From Methanotrichaceae archaeon (GTDB lineage: Archaea; Halobacteriota; Methanosarcinia; Methanotrichales; Methanotrichaceae), in the NCBI GenBank assembly GCA_963748825.1, contig CAVVKN010000024.1:1-49176 (forward strand): a stretch of 49,176 nt of DNA, given 5' to 3'. The notes beneath the pieces are model-generated. The model did not search any database. It was not told the origin of the DNA and saw only the letters and a list, made by a program, of their open reading frames with translations. Shown piece by piece: positions 34,212 to 43,386 of the stretch (position 1 is its first letter; each line of letters opens with the position of its first letter). A program made the position numbers and the translations under genes.

Positions 34212-36011
34212 TCATGGGAACGTGGGGGTTCCCACACGGGGCATACTGGCCGAGCTGGGGAAGCTCACATCGCTGCCGCTCATATCGCTTCGGGAAGAGG
34301 AAGAGGGCCTCGATTCCGGTAGCTTGGTGCGTGTTAAATTATTGGCGTCACGAACATTCGGCATATCATTGGGAAGATCCGCGGGGACATTCTTCGAGAC
34401 GGTTTGCAGCGACATTTCTTGCCTTCCGCCGTTCTTGCGAGAGACGGCTAGAGAGGGCGAATCCGCTCCGCCGAAGGTTCCGGCAACGTCCATGGAAACG
34501 GCATCATCGGGCCGCAAGATTAGATCCAGGCTCTTGAATGTGGACGAGGCCCCGCTCGCCGGATCAAGGGTAGTCATCAGAAGCTGCAGCGTTCCCGGCT
34601 TGAGATTTCCCAGAGTACTCATGCGGAAATCCTTCAGTGCCGGATTCATGGAGATATTGATCCTGCCGGCCGGCTCGAGGTTCAGGCCAGTAAGGGTGAT
34701 TCTCTGATAATCGGTATCTATTGAGATTATGGGAGAGAATTGGCGGTTGGCGCCGATGCTGACATTGTATGCTTCGTCCTCCTGGAAAAGATCCATGACC
34801 TGCTGCTGGCCCTGCCTCAGGTCAGGAACTGAAGAGGCCAGGGCAAAGCCGGGGGCGATGATGGCCGTATCGGCCTGATTCTTTTGGCTGCCGTTGGCGG
34901 TGCTGTTGATTTCAATGGCCAGGTGAGACTCTTTAACCAAGGCCAGGGGAAGCAAGATGACGGGAGGATGAGTGCTGCTTATGCCTGCCAGACCGAACTT
35001 GAGACTTCTGATCTCAGCCCCTGGGATCTCATTTACCATCTGGCCCGAATCCAATAGACCCACCCTGCGCCCGCTCTCATCCGTAACCAGAGCGCTGGCC
35101 TTGCCGCTCTGCCAGATCTGAATATTTTTCAGGGAGGCATTACTGGCTGCAGGATCTTCATCTTTGCAGAAATCGCACTGCTGCTGCCCAAGGCGCGAGG
35201 AGAGGGAGACAATCTCCAGATTCTTGGTGCTGGCGTTGCCGGAATAGAGGCTGTTTGGCTCATCCGGACTGGCCGATGCCAGGTAGCGCCAGGAATTGTT
35301 GAGCGTATCCACCTCAATGAACCTGCTATCCTTGGGCCAGTTATTATCATATACCAGAATATGGGCCGTGCCGTTACCGCGATCCTCAACAGCATAAGGC
35401 GTAATAGCATGGCCGCCACTGCCATCGGGCAGATAGATGCCCATGACCCACCATTCTCCAGCACCAGATCCATTGCCAAAGGCCTCGGCTAGAGTATCCA
35501 GCACAGCCTGAGGGGACTCCAGCACCTTCTTCGATCCGCCGGGACTTGTGACCTGGGTGGTCCACCAATAGCCTATCTCGCGCTGCAACAAGACATCTTG
35601 GAGAGCGAGATCAATGGCACTGTTGCCTCCAAAAAGGCTGGGGCTTGTCTCGTTGTAATACATAAGGCTGGATAGGACAGCGATGCCTTCGCAGTGTCCG
35701 AATTTCATAGCGGAAACAGCCTGATTCATCCAGCGCTCGGCAGGATAAGTTAGTGTGCATTTGCCACCAGCGGTGCTGGCGCAAACTTTGTCTCCGAACA
35801 TGCGCTGCATCTCCGCCGCAGTCAGGTCGACAGTCACTGGATCCTCGCCATAGTTTTGAAAGCTGAATCCATCGATATTGGGACGAAAACCGCTATCGTC
35901 TATTTCCACCCCCCCCAGAGAGACGCTGCTGTTGTTCTCGGCCCCCATTGCACCAAACATAGTCGCATATAGAGATAATAATGCTATCACTGCAAGATAT
36001 TGCTGCCTCAT
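34212..36011 (-). CDS. Secreted protein with a putative papain-like Cys-His-Asp/Asn catalytic domain
   Basis: Signal peptide from ATG 36011 (MRQQYLAVIALLSLY...); FRPNIDGFSFQNY, GHCEG, GGHAITPY, ILVYDNNWP; beta-rich C-half and Ser/Pro tail. Confidence 0.7.
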   Translation of the reverse strand: MRQQYLAVIALLSLYATMFGAMGAENNSSVSLGGVEIDDSGFRPNIDGFSFQNYGEDPVTVDLTAAEMQRMFGDKVCASTAGGKCTLTYPAERWMNQAVSAMKFGHCEGIAVLSSLMYYNETSPSLFGGNSAIDLALQDVLLQREIGYWWTTQVTSPGGSKKVLESPQAVLDTLAEAFGNGSGAGEWWVMGIYLPDGSGGHAITPYAVEDRGNGTAHILVYDNNWPKDSRFIEVDTLNNSWRYLASASPDEPNSLYSGNASTKNLEIVSLSSRLGQQQCDFCKDEDPAASNASLKNIQIWQSGKASALVTDESGRRVGLLDSGQMVNEIPGAEIRSLKFGLAGISSTHPPVILLPLALVKESHLAIEINSTANGSQKNQADTAIIAPGFALASSVPDLRQGQQQVMDLFQEDEAYNVSIGANRQFSPIISIDTDYQRITLTGLNLEPAGRINISMNPALKDFRMSTLGNLKPGTLQLLMTTLDPASGASSTFKSLDLILRPDDAVSMDVAGTFGGADSPSLAVSRKNGGRQEMSLQTVSKNVPADLPNDMPNVRDANNLTRTKLPESRPSSSSRSDMSGSDVSFPSSASMPRVGTPTFP

Positions 36012-36195
36012 AGTTCCCCTTTCACATCGGATTAGAAATTGATTAGCAGTTTTTCCTTGAGACATATACATCTTTTGCCGCATTATGGGAGAGCTTCGAT
36101 GAACTTGGATCACAGAAGTCCGAAACGTTTCTCGGCTAACGCAAAATTTATATTTTAGGCGAGATGACATGAGGCAAAAAAGTATGGGTGTAGAA

Positions 36196-36717
36196 ATGAA
36201 GAGCTTCTTAGCAATGGCATCAGTGCTTCTGTTCGTACTCGCAGCTCAAGGCTTTGGTTTTGCCTTCGGGGCAGAACAGGCAACGACAAATGATTCGATC
36301 AATGGAACATTCGAGAATGCAACTCTTATTAATGGAACATTCGAGAATGCAACTCTTATTAATGGAACATTCGAGAATGTAACTCTTATCAATGGAACAT
36401 TCGAGAATGCAACTCTTATCAATGGAACATTCGAGAATGCAACTCTTATCAATGGAACATTCGAGAATGCAACTCTTATCAATGGGACATTCGAGAATGA
36501 AACTCTCATCAATGGAACATTCGAGAATGAAACTTTCATCAATGGGACATTCGAGAATGAAACTCTCATAAATGGGACATTCGAGAATGCAACTCTCATC
36601 AATGGAACATTCGAAAATGCAACTCTCATCAATGGAACACTTGAGAACGTAACATTAGCCCAGAGCGATTTGAATCCATTTGAAAATGCAAAGAACCGCA
36701 AGCCGAAATCCAGATAG
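36196..36717 (+). CDS. Secreted decapeptide-repeat protein (INGTFENATL x12)
   Basis: Signal peptide MKSFLAMASVLLFVLAAQGFGFAFG, 12 repeats, basic tail. Confidence 0.75.
   Translation: MKSFLAMASVLLFVLAAQGFGFAFGAEQATTNDSINGTFENATLINGTFENATLINGTFENVTLINGTFENATLINGTFENATLINGTFENATLINGTFENETLINGTFENETFINGTFENETLINGTFENATLINGTFENATLINGTLENVTLAQSDLNPFENAKNRKPKSR
36298..36657 (+). repeat. 12 x 30-bp coding tandem repeat
   Basis: Unit ATCAATGGAACATTCGAGAATGCAACTCTT with few, mostly synonymous or A/V/E, substitutions. Confidence 0.97.
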
Positions 36718-36800
36718 GCTTCGGTAAAAATTTTTTAGGATTACTTTTTTTGCTTCATCACTTCTTCGCGAACCTATCCGACGCTCATCCGATGATCAAC

Positions 36801-38339
36801 TTATCCAATGATCAGCCTGCCTAACGTCACCAGGAATAAGGCCATAAGCAGCCATCCTACAATGCCCTCCGCAATTCCCAGGTATTTATATCGCCCCCGC
36901 AGAGGAAGCCCTTTTGAATTAGCAGTGAAAGCAATTGTGCTGTAGAAGAGGGATGCTACCATGAGCTGGTGGCCGTGAATATTGTGAAAGCCTTCCACGC
37001 CCCTGCCAGCCCAATAAATAAAGGAGAAAATGAGAATTATTACCATTCCGCAGAAAAGCGCATAGTGAGGGCGCACTCCATAACCGCAGGTGAGCCAGGC
37101 CATCGTATCCAGGAACTTGGAAAAGCCGATCGGCTTACTAGCCTGATTTAGATAGCGATACTCATAGTAGCATTCATTGGCATCATTGCTCTGGCCGAGG
37201 TCCTTATAATTCTTGATCAACGAGAGGTAGGCCGCAGTATCAAAACTGAGGATATCCTTTATCTGACTCCAGCTCACTATCAGCCGGTTGATATCTGCTT
37301 TGGCCAGATACAAGCGAGACCCATTGCCGAAGGCTGAGCCATCTAACACCATGCGGGTAATCTTTGTGCTATTCATATTTAGATCGCCCTTAAAAGCAGC
37401 ATATGATATATCTGTGGGTGCCTGGAATTGTGCATTGTCGAAATTGGCATCACTGCAAAATACAGAGTCATTGAAGAATACCGGCCCATCGAAATTAGCA
37501 TTTGAGAAAATAGCCATGTCGTTGAAGTTAGCTTGAGAAAATATAGAATCTGCAATAAAGCGGGATCGAGCAAAATTGGCCTGTCCAGAAAATTGCGTAT
37601 GGAAAAAACCTACACCATTTGAATACTTTGTAGCATGAAAATCAGCATTTTCCTGCAGCCACGCATCGGAGAAGGTGCAATAAGAATTAAACAGACTACC
37701 GTAAAAATAGATGCCTCCAATAAAGCGTGTTAATTCGAAGTTGGCATAAGCACCATTGAATTCCGAGAAGGCAAACTGAGCATCTTTCATAAATGTGGCA
37801 TTATAAAAAGTTGCGAATTTATCAAACCAGACACTTTCAAAGTCGGCTACACCATTGAAATAGGCAAAATCAAAATTCCCGCTATCCGGGAAGCGAGACA
37901 TATTGAAGGTTGCCTCTCCCAGGAAGCGGGTTGCATTGAAATTTGCCGCGGTCAAGAATTTTGTTTCATTAAAAATGGCATTCCTTTGAAAAGTGGTATT
38001 CTCGAAATTCACATCTCCATAAAACGTTACTCCTTTGCAGTTTACATTATCCCTGAATACTGAATTTGTTACTCTTAGGGGATTTTTCTGATCTTTATCT
38101 AAAAATAAATCGCCTTTGATTATTACATGGTCATAGACGACGGGGCTATTATTTGCGTTTGCCATGACCTCTTGAGCTGATATCTCCTTTAGTTGAAAGG
38201 ATTCCGAAAATGGGAATGAATTATCCGAAGCTGCCCCGTTCGCCACTGCTGTTAGAATTATCACCAGCATCAGGCATATCCTCAGGATAGTTCCCCCCTC
38301 AAGCCCAAAGCAACCCTCAAAGTATCTAAATGTTTCCAT
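36801..38339 (-). CDS. Pentapeptide-repeat protein with a C-terminal two-TM ion-channel-like membrane domain
   Basis: Signal peptide; many A(D/N)F-x-x-x-x-F repeats; LTCGYGVRP, SLFYSTIAFT, AEGIVGWLLMALFLVTL. Confidence 0.8.
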   Translation of the reverse strand: METFRYFEGCFGLEGGTILRICLMLVIILTAVANGAASDNSFPFSESFQLKEISAQEVMANANNSPVVYDHVIIKGDLFLDKDQKNPLRVTNSVFRDNVNCKGVTFYGDVNFENTTFQRNAIFNETKFLTAANFNATRFLGEATFNMSRFPDSGNFDFAYFNGVADFESVWFDKFATFYNATFMKDAQFAFSEFNGAYANFELTRFIGGIYFYGSLFNSYCTFSDAWLQENADFHATKYSNGVGFFHTQFSGQANFARSRFIADSIFSQANFNDMAIFSNANFDGPVFFNDSVFCSDANFDNAQFQAPTDISYAAFKGDLNMNSTKITRMVLDGSAFGNGSRLYLAKADINRLIVSWSQIKDILSFDTAAYLSLIKNYKDLGQSNDANECYYEYRYLNQASKPIGFSKFLDTMAWLTCGYGVRPHYALFCGMVIILIFSFIYWAGRGVEGFHNIHGHQLMVASLFYSTIAFTANSKGLPLRGRYKYLGIAEGIVGWLLMALFLVTLGRLIIG

Positions 38340-38649
38340 ATTTTATAATTATATATTTTTCTCTGGTTTGGCCAACGCTACTTCAGCCCGATCCCATTTT
38401 ATTTATCGCTTTCTTCTCCTCGTCGAACACGATACTGTGCATACAATATAGCTCTATGCATCATTTCCATTTAATGCCGTAAAACCAAACTCATGACGCG
38501 GCCTTCTGGAAAAGGAGGAGCAGAAATATCGCGAAGAGGCTAATTGCAGGGGAATATACCTCCTCCATAATATTGCTGGCTGGATCGAAGATATTTGCAT
38601 GCGCAGTGTTTCTCTCATAGTTAGACTATAGCAACATGAATTTTTCAAA

Positions 38650-39879
38650 TCAAAGACCCAGTCGAGCTTGTTGGGGTACATTGACGCTGCCCAAAACCTT
38701 CAGCCGGTAATCCTGCTGCAGCGTAGCCTTGAGCTTGCCGGAGTAAACACTGAGCGTGATCTCTTTGGTCCGGCCATATCGACCCTTGCTGATCACAATC
38801 GTATGCAATATGCCTAGCATATCCAGCTCGGCGATGAGATCCGTTATCCTGCGATGGGTCAAAAAGTCGGTCTCAACCAGAGGACAGAGTTGTTTGTACA
38901 TGTTGTAAACGGCACTGGTCGTGATGTTTCTTGTTCCCTGTTCCTCTAATAGAACAATGCTGTAGAGCACCAGCTTGGACTGAGTGGGTAGAGTCTTGAT
39001 TACCTCTTCTACTCTGTCCTGCTCAATCTTTTCTCGAGCAGAACGTACATGATCCTCGGCTACAATAGCAGAGCGAGCTCTTTCGGCTAATTCTCCGGAT
39101 ATACGCAAGAGATCCAGAGCTTTGCGAGCGTCTCCATGCTCTTGGGCCGCAAAAGCTGCGCACAATGGTATGACGCCTTCTTGAAGAACACCTGGACTGA
39201 AGGAGAGCTTAGCTCTCTGTTCCAGGATGTCTCTAATCTGCTCGGCATCGTAAGGCGGAAATATGATTTCATCCTCACCTAGAGAACTTTTTATTCTTGG
39301 ATCTAGAAACTCTGTGAACTTGAGGTCATTGGATATGCCGATGATACTGACTTTGGAGCGAAGAAGATCGGAGTTTACACGTGAGAGGTTGTAGAGAACG
39401 TCGTCTCCCTTTCTCACCAGCTTATCTACTTCATCCAACATTATCACGACAACTTGTTTCTCTTCATCGACAGCATTTCTGAATTCTGCATAGACCTGAT
39501 CCGTGGGCCAACCGGTCATTGGGATTTCTTTGTCAAAGTGTCTCGCGAGATGAGCCAGAATTCTGTATTGAGTGTCTACTACCTCGCAGTTGATGTAGAT
39601 CACAGTACACTTCATATCTCCAAAACTTGCTTCCTCCAGTTCTTTTCCTACGTACTTGGCAACTGCCGTTTTACCGGTACCGGTTTTTCCATAGATGAGA
39701 ACATTGGAGGGGGTTTCTCCTCTTAATGCTGGAACTAAAACAGATGCCAGGCCGTTGATCTGCTCGTTTCTATGAGGCAATTGGCTTGGCGTATAAGTAG
39801 GGCGCAGGACATCTCTGGACTGAAATATGCCTCCTTGCGCTAATAAATCAGCAAATAACCCTTTTGAAATAGATATCAA
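38650..39879 (-). CDS. cdc6: Orc1/Cdc6 replication initiator
   Basis: LRPTYTP..LPHR, Walker A YGKTGTGKT, YINC, Walker B LDEVD, IGISND, FPPYDA, GDARKALDLLR, winged helix ELDMLG..GRYGRT. Confidence 0.97.
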   Translation of the reverse strand: MISISKGLFADLLAQGGIFQSRDVLRPTYTPSQLPHRNEQINGLASVLVPALRGETPSNVLIYGKTGTGKTAVAKYVGKELEEASFGDMKCTVIYINCEVVDTQYRILAHLARHFDKEIPMTGWPTDQVYAEFRNAVDEEKQVVVIMLDEVDKLVRKGDDVLYNLSRVNSDLLRSKVSIIGISNDLKFTEFLDPRIKSSLGEDEIIFPPYDAEQIRDILEQRAKLSFSPGVLQEGVIPLCAAFAAQEHGDARKALDLLRISGELAERARSAIVAEDHVRSAREKIEQDRVEEVIKTLPTQSKLVLYSIVLLEEQGTRNITTSAVYNMYKQLCPLVETDFLTHRRITDLIAELDMLGILHTIVISKGRYGRTKEITLSVYSGKLKATLQQDYRLKVLGSVNVPQQARLGL

Positions 39880-39939
39880 GATAATTCCCCTCGAACAAAT
39901 TTTCTAGGTCTTGGGGGATATTAAGAGTTATGGTAAACA

Positions 39940-40330
39940 CCCCTTTATTTCCAATGGAACTTTAACCCCCCACCCCCTGATTTCCAGTGGAAAACAAATA
40001 AAAACGGCGTGTTTCATCATGATTGATAATGAAATAAAAATGTCTTGTTGTAGGGTTTATTTTATTTGTATATAAACGTTTTTGTAGTAGAAGTAGTCCT
40101 TATTAACATTATTATTACAGATGATGTGCTTAGTTTTGTTCGCAAGAGAATTTTATAATCTAGATAGCTCTTTAATTAAGTTCCAACTGTTGTAAGGAAT
40201 TAGCAGTTTCACATCGCGAGAGTGGTTCCATTTTTCGTATCATGACGGACCTTAGATCTATAACATTAAGTTTCGAATTTATTTTATTATTTCATTATTT
40301 GGGAGGTCAACTTCAACCAATAGGCAAACT
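39940..40330. other. Probable replication origin: two ORB elements followed by an AT-rich unwinding element
   Basis: Minus-strand ORBs GTTCCATTGGAAATAAAGGGG (39940-39960) and GTTTTCCACTGGAAATCAGGGGG (39973-39995) lie directly upstream of cdc6; an AT-rich tract follows. Confidence 0.82.
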
Positions 40331-40733
40331 GGGCATAATTAGGAGACTAGAGACTCATCCATCAAGCTAGCATTCTTTTCTGTGCGTACGATATAAGTTG
40401 GCTTAGCAAACCGTGCTTCTTTGTGTGTTTGTACGAAAACTCCCTAAATGCTACAACTATTATCAGCAAATTTTGCAAATAACGGCCTAAAATTCAAAAG
40501 AAATCCACTAGATGATGGTCAAATAGGCAGGCAAAGCTATTTACTAATTACTAACTTGGTATGTGAGCCTGCAATGTTTAAAATTAAGTCTCAGTTCACG
40601 TAAACCGGTCAGCAAAAATCCGCTCACTTAAACTGGTTCGCGAGAGACCAGCTAACAGGAATCCATATGCTGAGATCGATTCGTATTAACCGGCTCGCAG
40701 TCAGCTAGCAAGTTAGCTGACGAAGGAATTGAG

Positions 40734-40755
40734 TCTCCAGTGGAAATCATACGGT
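40734..40755 (+). promoter_or_regulatory. ORB-like / mini-ORB element
   Basis: TCTCCAGTGGAAATCATACGGT: ORB core without a full G-string. Confidence 0.55.
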
Positions 40756-40918
40756 CTCTCTCAATCCTTGAGTTTTCTTGTCGTGATTGCTTTTTATCTC
40801 GGCAAATCCAGCGAAAAGTACCCGAAGAGCATAACGTGCGTTCTGGCGTTTTAGTTCGTATATGCTCTTCTTTTTGAGCCAAAAGACTACGTATAGCCGG
40901 TATATGGAAGCGGAAGCT

Positions 40919-41194
40919 TCAAGATACAGGTATGGTCTCAAGCTGGCTAGCAACATTCCAGATCAAAGTTCTGGTGTGAAGAGGAATATTGGGATCATTG
41001 CTTATCTCGTCAAGTATGGAGATGGCAGATGCGGCCTTGATTGCTTCGCTTGTGCTCTCGTTCATGAGGATAGATTTGACGTTCTCTGCAGAGCGCCTGA
41101 TGTTCCTCGGTACGGCATCATCGCTCATAATACGTTCTAGACCTTCAACGCATTGCTTAAGGACATTTTCAGCTGTCGTATAATCACCACCCAT
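40919..41194 (-). CDS. UPF0147-family protein
   Basis: [15 protein letters not shown]...[30 protein letters not shown]; start ATG 41194 or ACG 41179. Confidence 0.9.
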   Translation of the reverse strand: MGGDYTTAENVLKQCVEGLERIMSDDAVPRNIRRSAENVKSILMNESTSEAIKAASAISILDEISNDPNIPLHTRTLIWNVASQLETIPVS

Positions 41195-41294
41195 GTTTCT
41201 GGGAAAAAGGTTAATGACGAAATTCGTCTTAATCAGTTGAGAAGTGATGATATAGTCGTTGTATTTAAACGTATGTGGCACATAGTGATGAGAC

Positions 41295-41759
41295 ATGGAT
41301 GAGGATGAAGTTCTTAGCAAGATAACCAGGCTTCTGGAGCAGGGCTGCACTATGTTAGCCACACATCATGACTGTGGCGCACCGCTTTTTCGTTGCCAGG
41401 GTGAGGTCGTCTGCCCGGTCTGCTCTTTTGCCGATGAACCTAATTCGCCGGTAAGAGCGCTGCCTTCTGGCTTATCCGGAGCAGAACTGGACGAAAAATC
41501 AAATTTTGATCGCGCACATTTGCAGGAGAGAGGGGAAATTGATGATCAGCCTGCAGGTAGCAGGGTAAAACCTGCTCTCAAGTGTAAGCAGGATGATGAA
41601 GAATTGATGGCTGCAATAGGCAATCTGCGTGCTTCTCTCTTGCACAGGTTGCGAGAGCTCACAGCAGCCCTGGAAGATGAGCATGATCTGGATAAGTTGA
41701 AAAAGCAACTGGACTGCCTGGAAGGATTGCTGCGGGTGTTCCGATCCTTGCAAGGGTGA
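41295..41759 (+). CDS. UPF0148 / Sjogren's syndrome-scleroderma autoantigen 1 family zinc-ribbon protein
   Basis: [31 protein letters not shown] plus a C-terminal helical region. Confidence 0.85.
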   Translation: MDEDEVLSKITRLLEQGCTMLATHHDCGAPLFRCQGEVVCPVCSFADEPNSPVRALPSGLSGAELDEKSNFDRAHLQERGEIDDQPAGSRVKPALKCKQDDEELMAAIGNLRASLLHRLRELTAALEDEHDLDKLKKQLDCLEGLLRVFRSLQG

Positions 41760-41807
41760 TTTCTCATCTCTTCGTTTTATATCGGCCCAAATGACGGGAT
41801 TTCCGGA

Positions 41808-41828
41808 TCTCCACTGGAAATAAAGGGG
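41808..41828 (+). promoter_or_regulatory. Full ORB element, opposite orientation to the cdc6-proximal ORBs
   Basis: TCTCCACTGGAAATAAAGGGG, nearly identical to the reverse complement of 39940-39960. Confidence 0.75.
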
Positions 41829-41836
41829 TTGATTAA

Positions 41837-42673
41837 TTGATACTAAATTTTTTTAGTAAGTGTGGTATACCTTTAATTTTATTTCCTCTTATCCTGGCAT
41901 TGTTCTGCATGACGGGCTGCCTGGAGAAGGTTCCCGAGCTCTCTGTGACGCCTTCTACGATGCCACAGGCTCAACCGGCAAATCCGCGATTGCAGATGGA
42001 TTTTGATTCTGAATTAAGAAGCGACCTTCTTAGTGTGCGGGGCAATATTATGCTCCCCGGCAATAGCTCGCTTGCTTATCTCATGCTCAATGCCACCCTT
42101 TGGCAGGGAAAGAAAGAGCAATTTAACACCAAATACCTGCTGATGCAGATAGAGCCGAACCGGGATTACAGCTTTGAGATCACCAAGAATGTAAAAATTC
42201 CGGCTGGAGAATATGATTGCACTTTAGAGGCAAAGGGTCCCCACGGTGTTTTGGCTGAGGAGAGCAGGAAAGTCAGCCTTGCGAATCCCTGGCAAGAGTC
42301 GGTATTCGAGCAAGTACCATGGCCGGTGGAGCTGGATGAAAAAGTCTCCAGGCAAAAGGATGAGGAAGAGCGGGCCAAAGAGGAGAGCAATCTGCAAAGA
42401 GAGATCTCAAGTGATGCGACTGAAAAAAAGGTCCTTGCCGTGAAGGCCGGCAAGGAGAGTGGATCCACCAGTGCTGGAGGCTCTTTGCAGGCATCTTCGA
42501 ATATGCCTGAAGGTGTGAAAGTCGCGTTCATGGGCAGCATCACCTCGAAAAAGTATCATCTTTTGGACTGTCGCTACGCTCTCAAGATAAAGCCGGAGAA
42601 CCGCATCTACTTCCAGAGTGTAGAGGATGCAAAAAGGCAGGGCTATCTTCCCTGCAAGAGCTGCAGTCCTTAG
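41837..42673 (+). CDS. Putative lipoprotein with a C-terminal Ada-like metal-binding domain
   Basis: Lipobox-like FCMTGC; C-terminal GSITSKKYHLLDC...AKRQGYLPCKSCSP. Confidence 0.72.
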   Translation: MILNFFSKCGIPLILFPLILALFCMTGCLEKVPELSVTPSTMPQAQPANPRLQMDFDSELRSDLLSVRGNIMLPGNSSLAYLMLNATLWQGKKEQFNTKYLLMQIEPNRDYSFEITKNVKIPAGEYDCTLEAKGPHGVLAEESRKVSLANPWQESVFEQVPWPVELDEKVSRQKDEEERAKEESNLQREISSDATEKKVLAVKAGKESGSTSAGGSLQASSNMPEGVKVAFMGSITSKKYHLLDCRYALKIKPENRIYFQSVEDAKRQGYLPCKSCSP

Positions 42674-43242
42674 AATTCGCCTATGAAAACGCAGGACAGG
42701 CCGGGTGCCTGAGGCGGGCAGGCTGTATTGGCCAGTTCGATCCTCTCCTCCGGATAGCCGAGGTCGGTGAGAGAGGCCATCTTTCTATGTAAGCCCTGGG
42801 ATTCCAGATACCGGCAGAGGCTTTGCAGGTCGGTACCGTCATCCGTGAGCAGAAAGACGCATTTTCCCCGGCGCAGTTCAAAGGCTATGGCATCAGGGTC
42901 CAGGCTGCGGCCGTGAACCGTGATAGGAACTACTTTAAGCTGACTGATTTTTAAGCGGGCACAGGCCACCTGCAGGCTGGAGATCCCGGGGATTACCCTG
43001 CCTTTGAGATATCCCAGGCCGGAGAGCATGGGGTCACCCGTGCTTAAAACCACGGCGTCTTCCGCGAGATCGTGTAGCTTCTTGTAGTCTTCGATGACTC
43101 TGACTTTGCAGTCCGGATTTATGTGCTCTCTGACCAGATCGATGGCTCTATCAGATCCATAGATGAGCCTGGCCTGGGCTACGGCCTGTGCGGCCTGTGC
43201 TGTCAGCATCTGCGGGCCGGCGCCCACTCCTACTATGATCAT
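42670..43242 (-). CDS. cbiE: Cobalt-precorrin-7 C5-methyltransferase
   Basis: VGVGAGP, STGDPMLSGL, PGISSLQVACAR, LGYPEERI; last gene of the cbi operon. Confidence 0.88.
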   Translation of the reverse strand: MIIVGVGAGPQMLTAQAAQAVAQARLIYGSDRAIDLVREHINPDCKVRVIEDYKKLHDLAEDAVVLSTGDPMLSGLGYLKGRVIPGISSLQVACARLKISQLKVVPITVHGRSLDPDAIAFELRRGKCVFLLTDDGTDLQSLCRYLESQGLHRKMASLTDLGYPEERIELANTACPPQAPGLSCVFIGEF

Positions 43243-43386
43243 GATCTTGCCTGCATCGTAATTGCCTACGTCATAGATGTTTGTTTTTTTTGTTGTATCA
43301 GTTCGCCTGATTCTTATTGTGGCATCGTAACTCGTCGTAACTTATTTACTATCTGCTTAATTTACTCAATTTATTGCAATTCAACT

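Noticed and set aside
36012-36195. Longer starts for ORFs 34212..36170 and 36169..36717
   Set aside because: Signal peptides begin at 36011 and 36196; the extensions would fill the divergent promoter region.
36298-36657. 30-bp repeat as a second CRISPR array; antisense ORF 36246..36701
   Set aside because: Units are contiguous with no spacers and keep frame within a signal-peptide ORF; the antisense ORF is a by-product.
33680-38640. Integrated element at tRNA-Gly (or at tRNA-Thr)
   Set aside because: No integrase or transposase, and no duplicated tRNA 3' end found.
40652-41362. Small ORFs in the origin region and the long N-terminal extension of UPF0147 to 41362
   Set aside because: No motifs or RBS; the extension would overlap the divergent UPF0148 gene.
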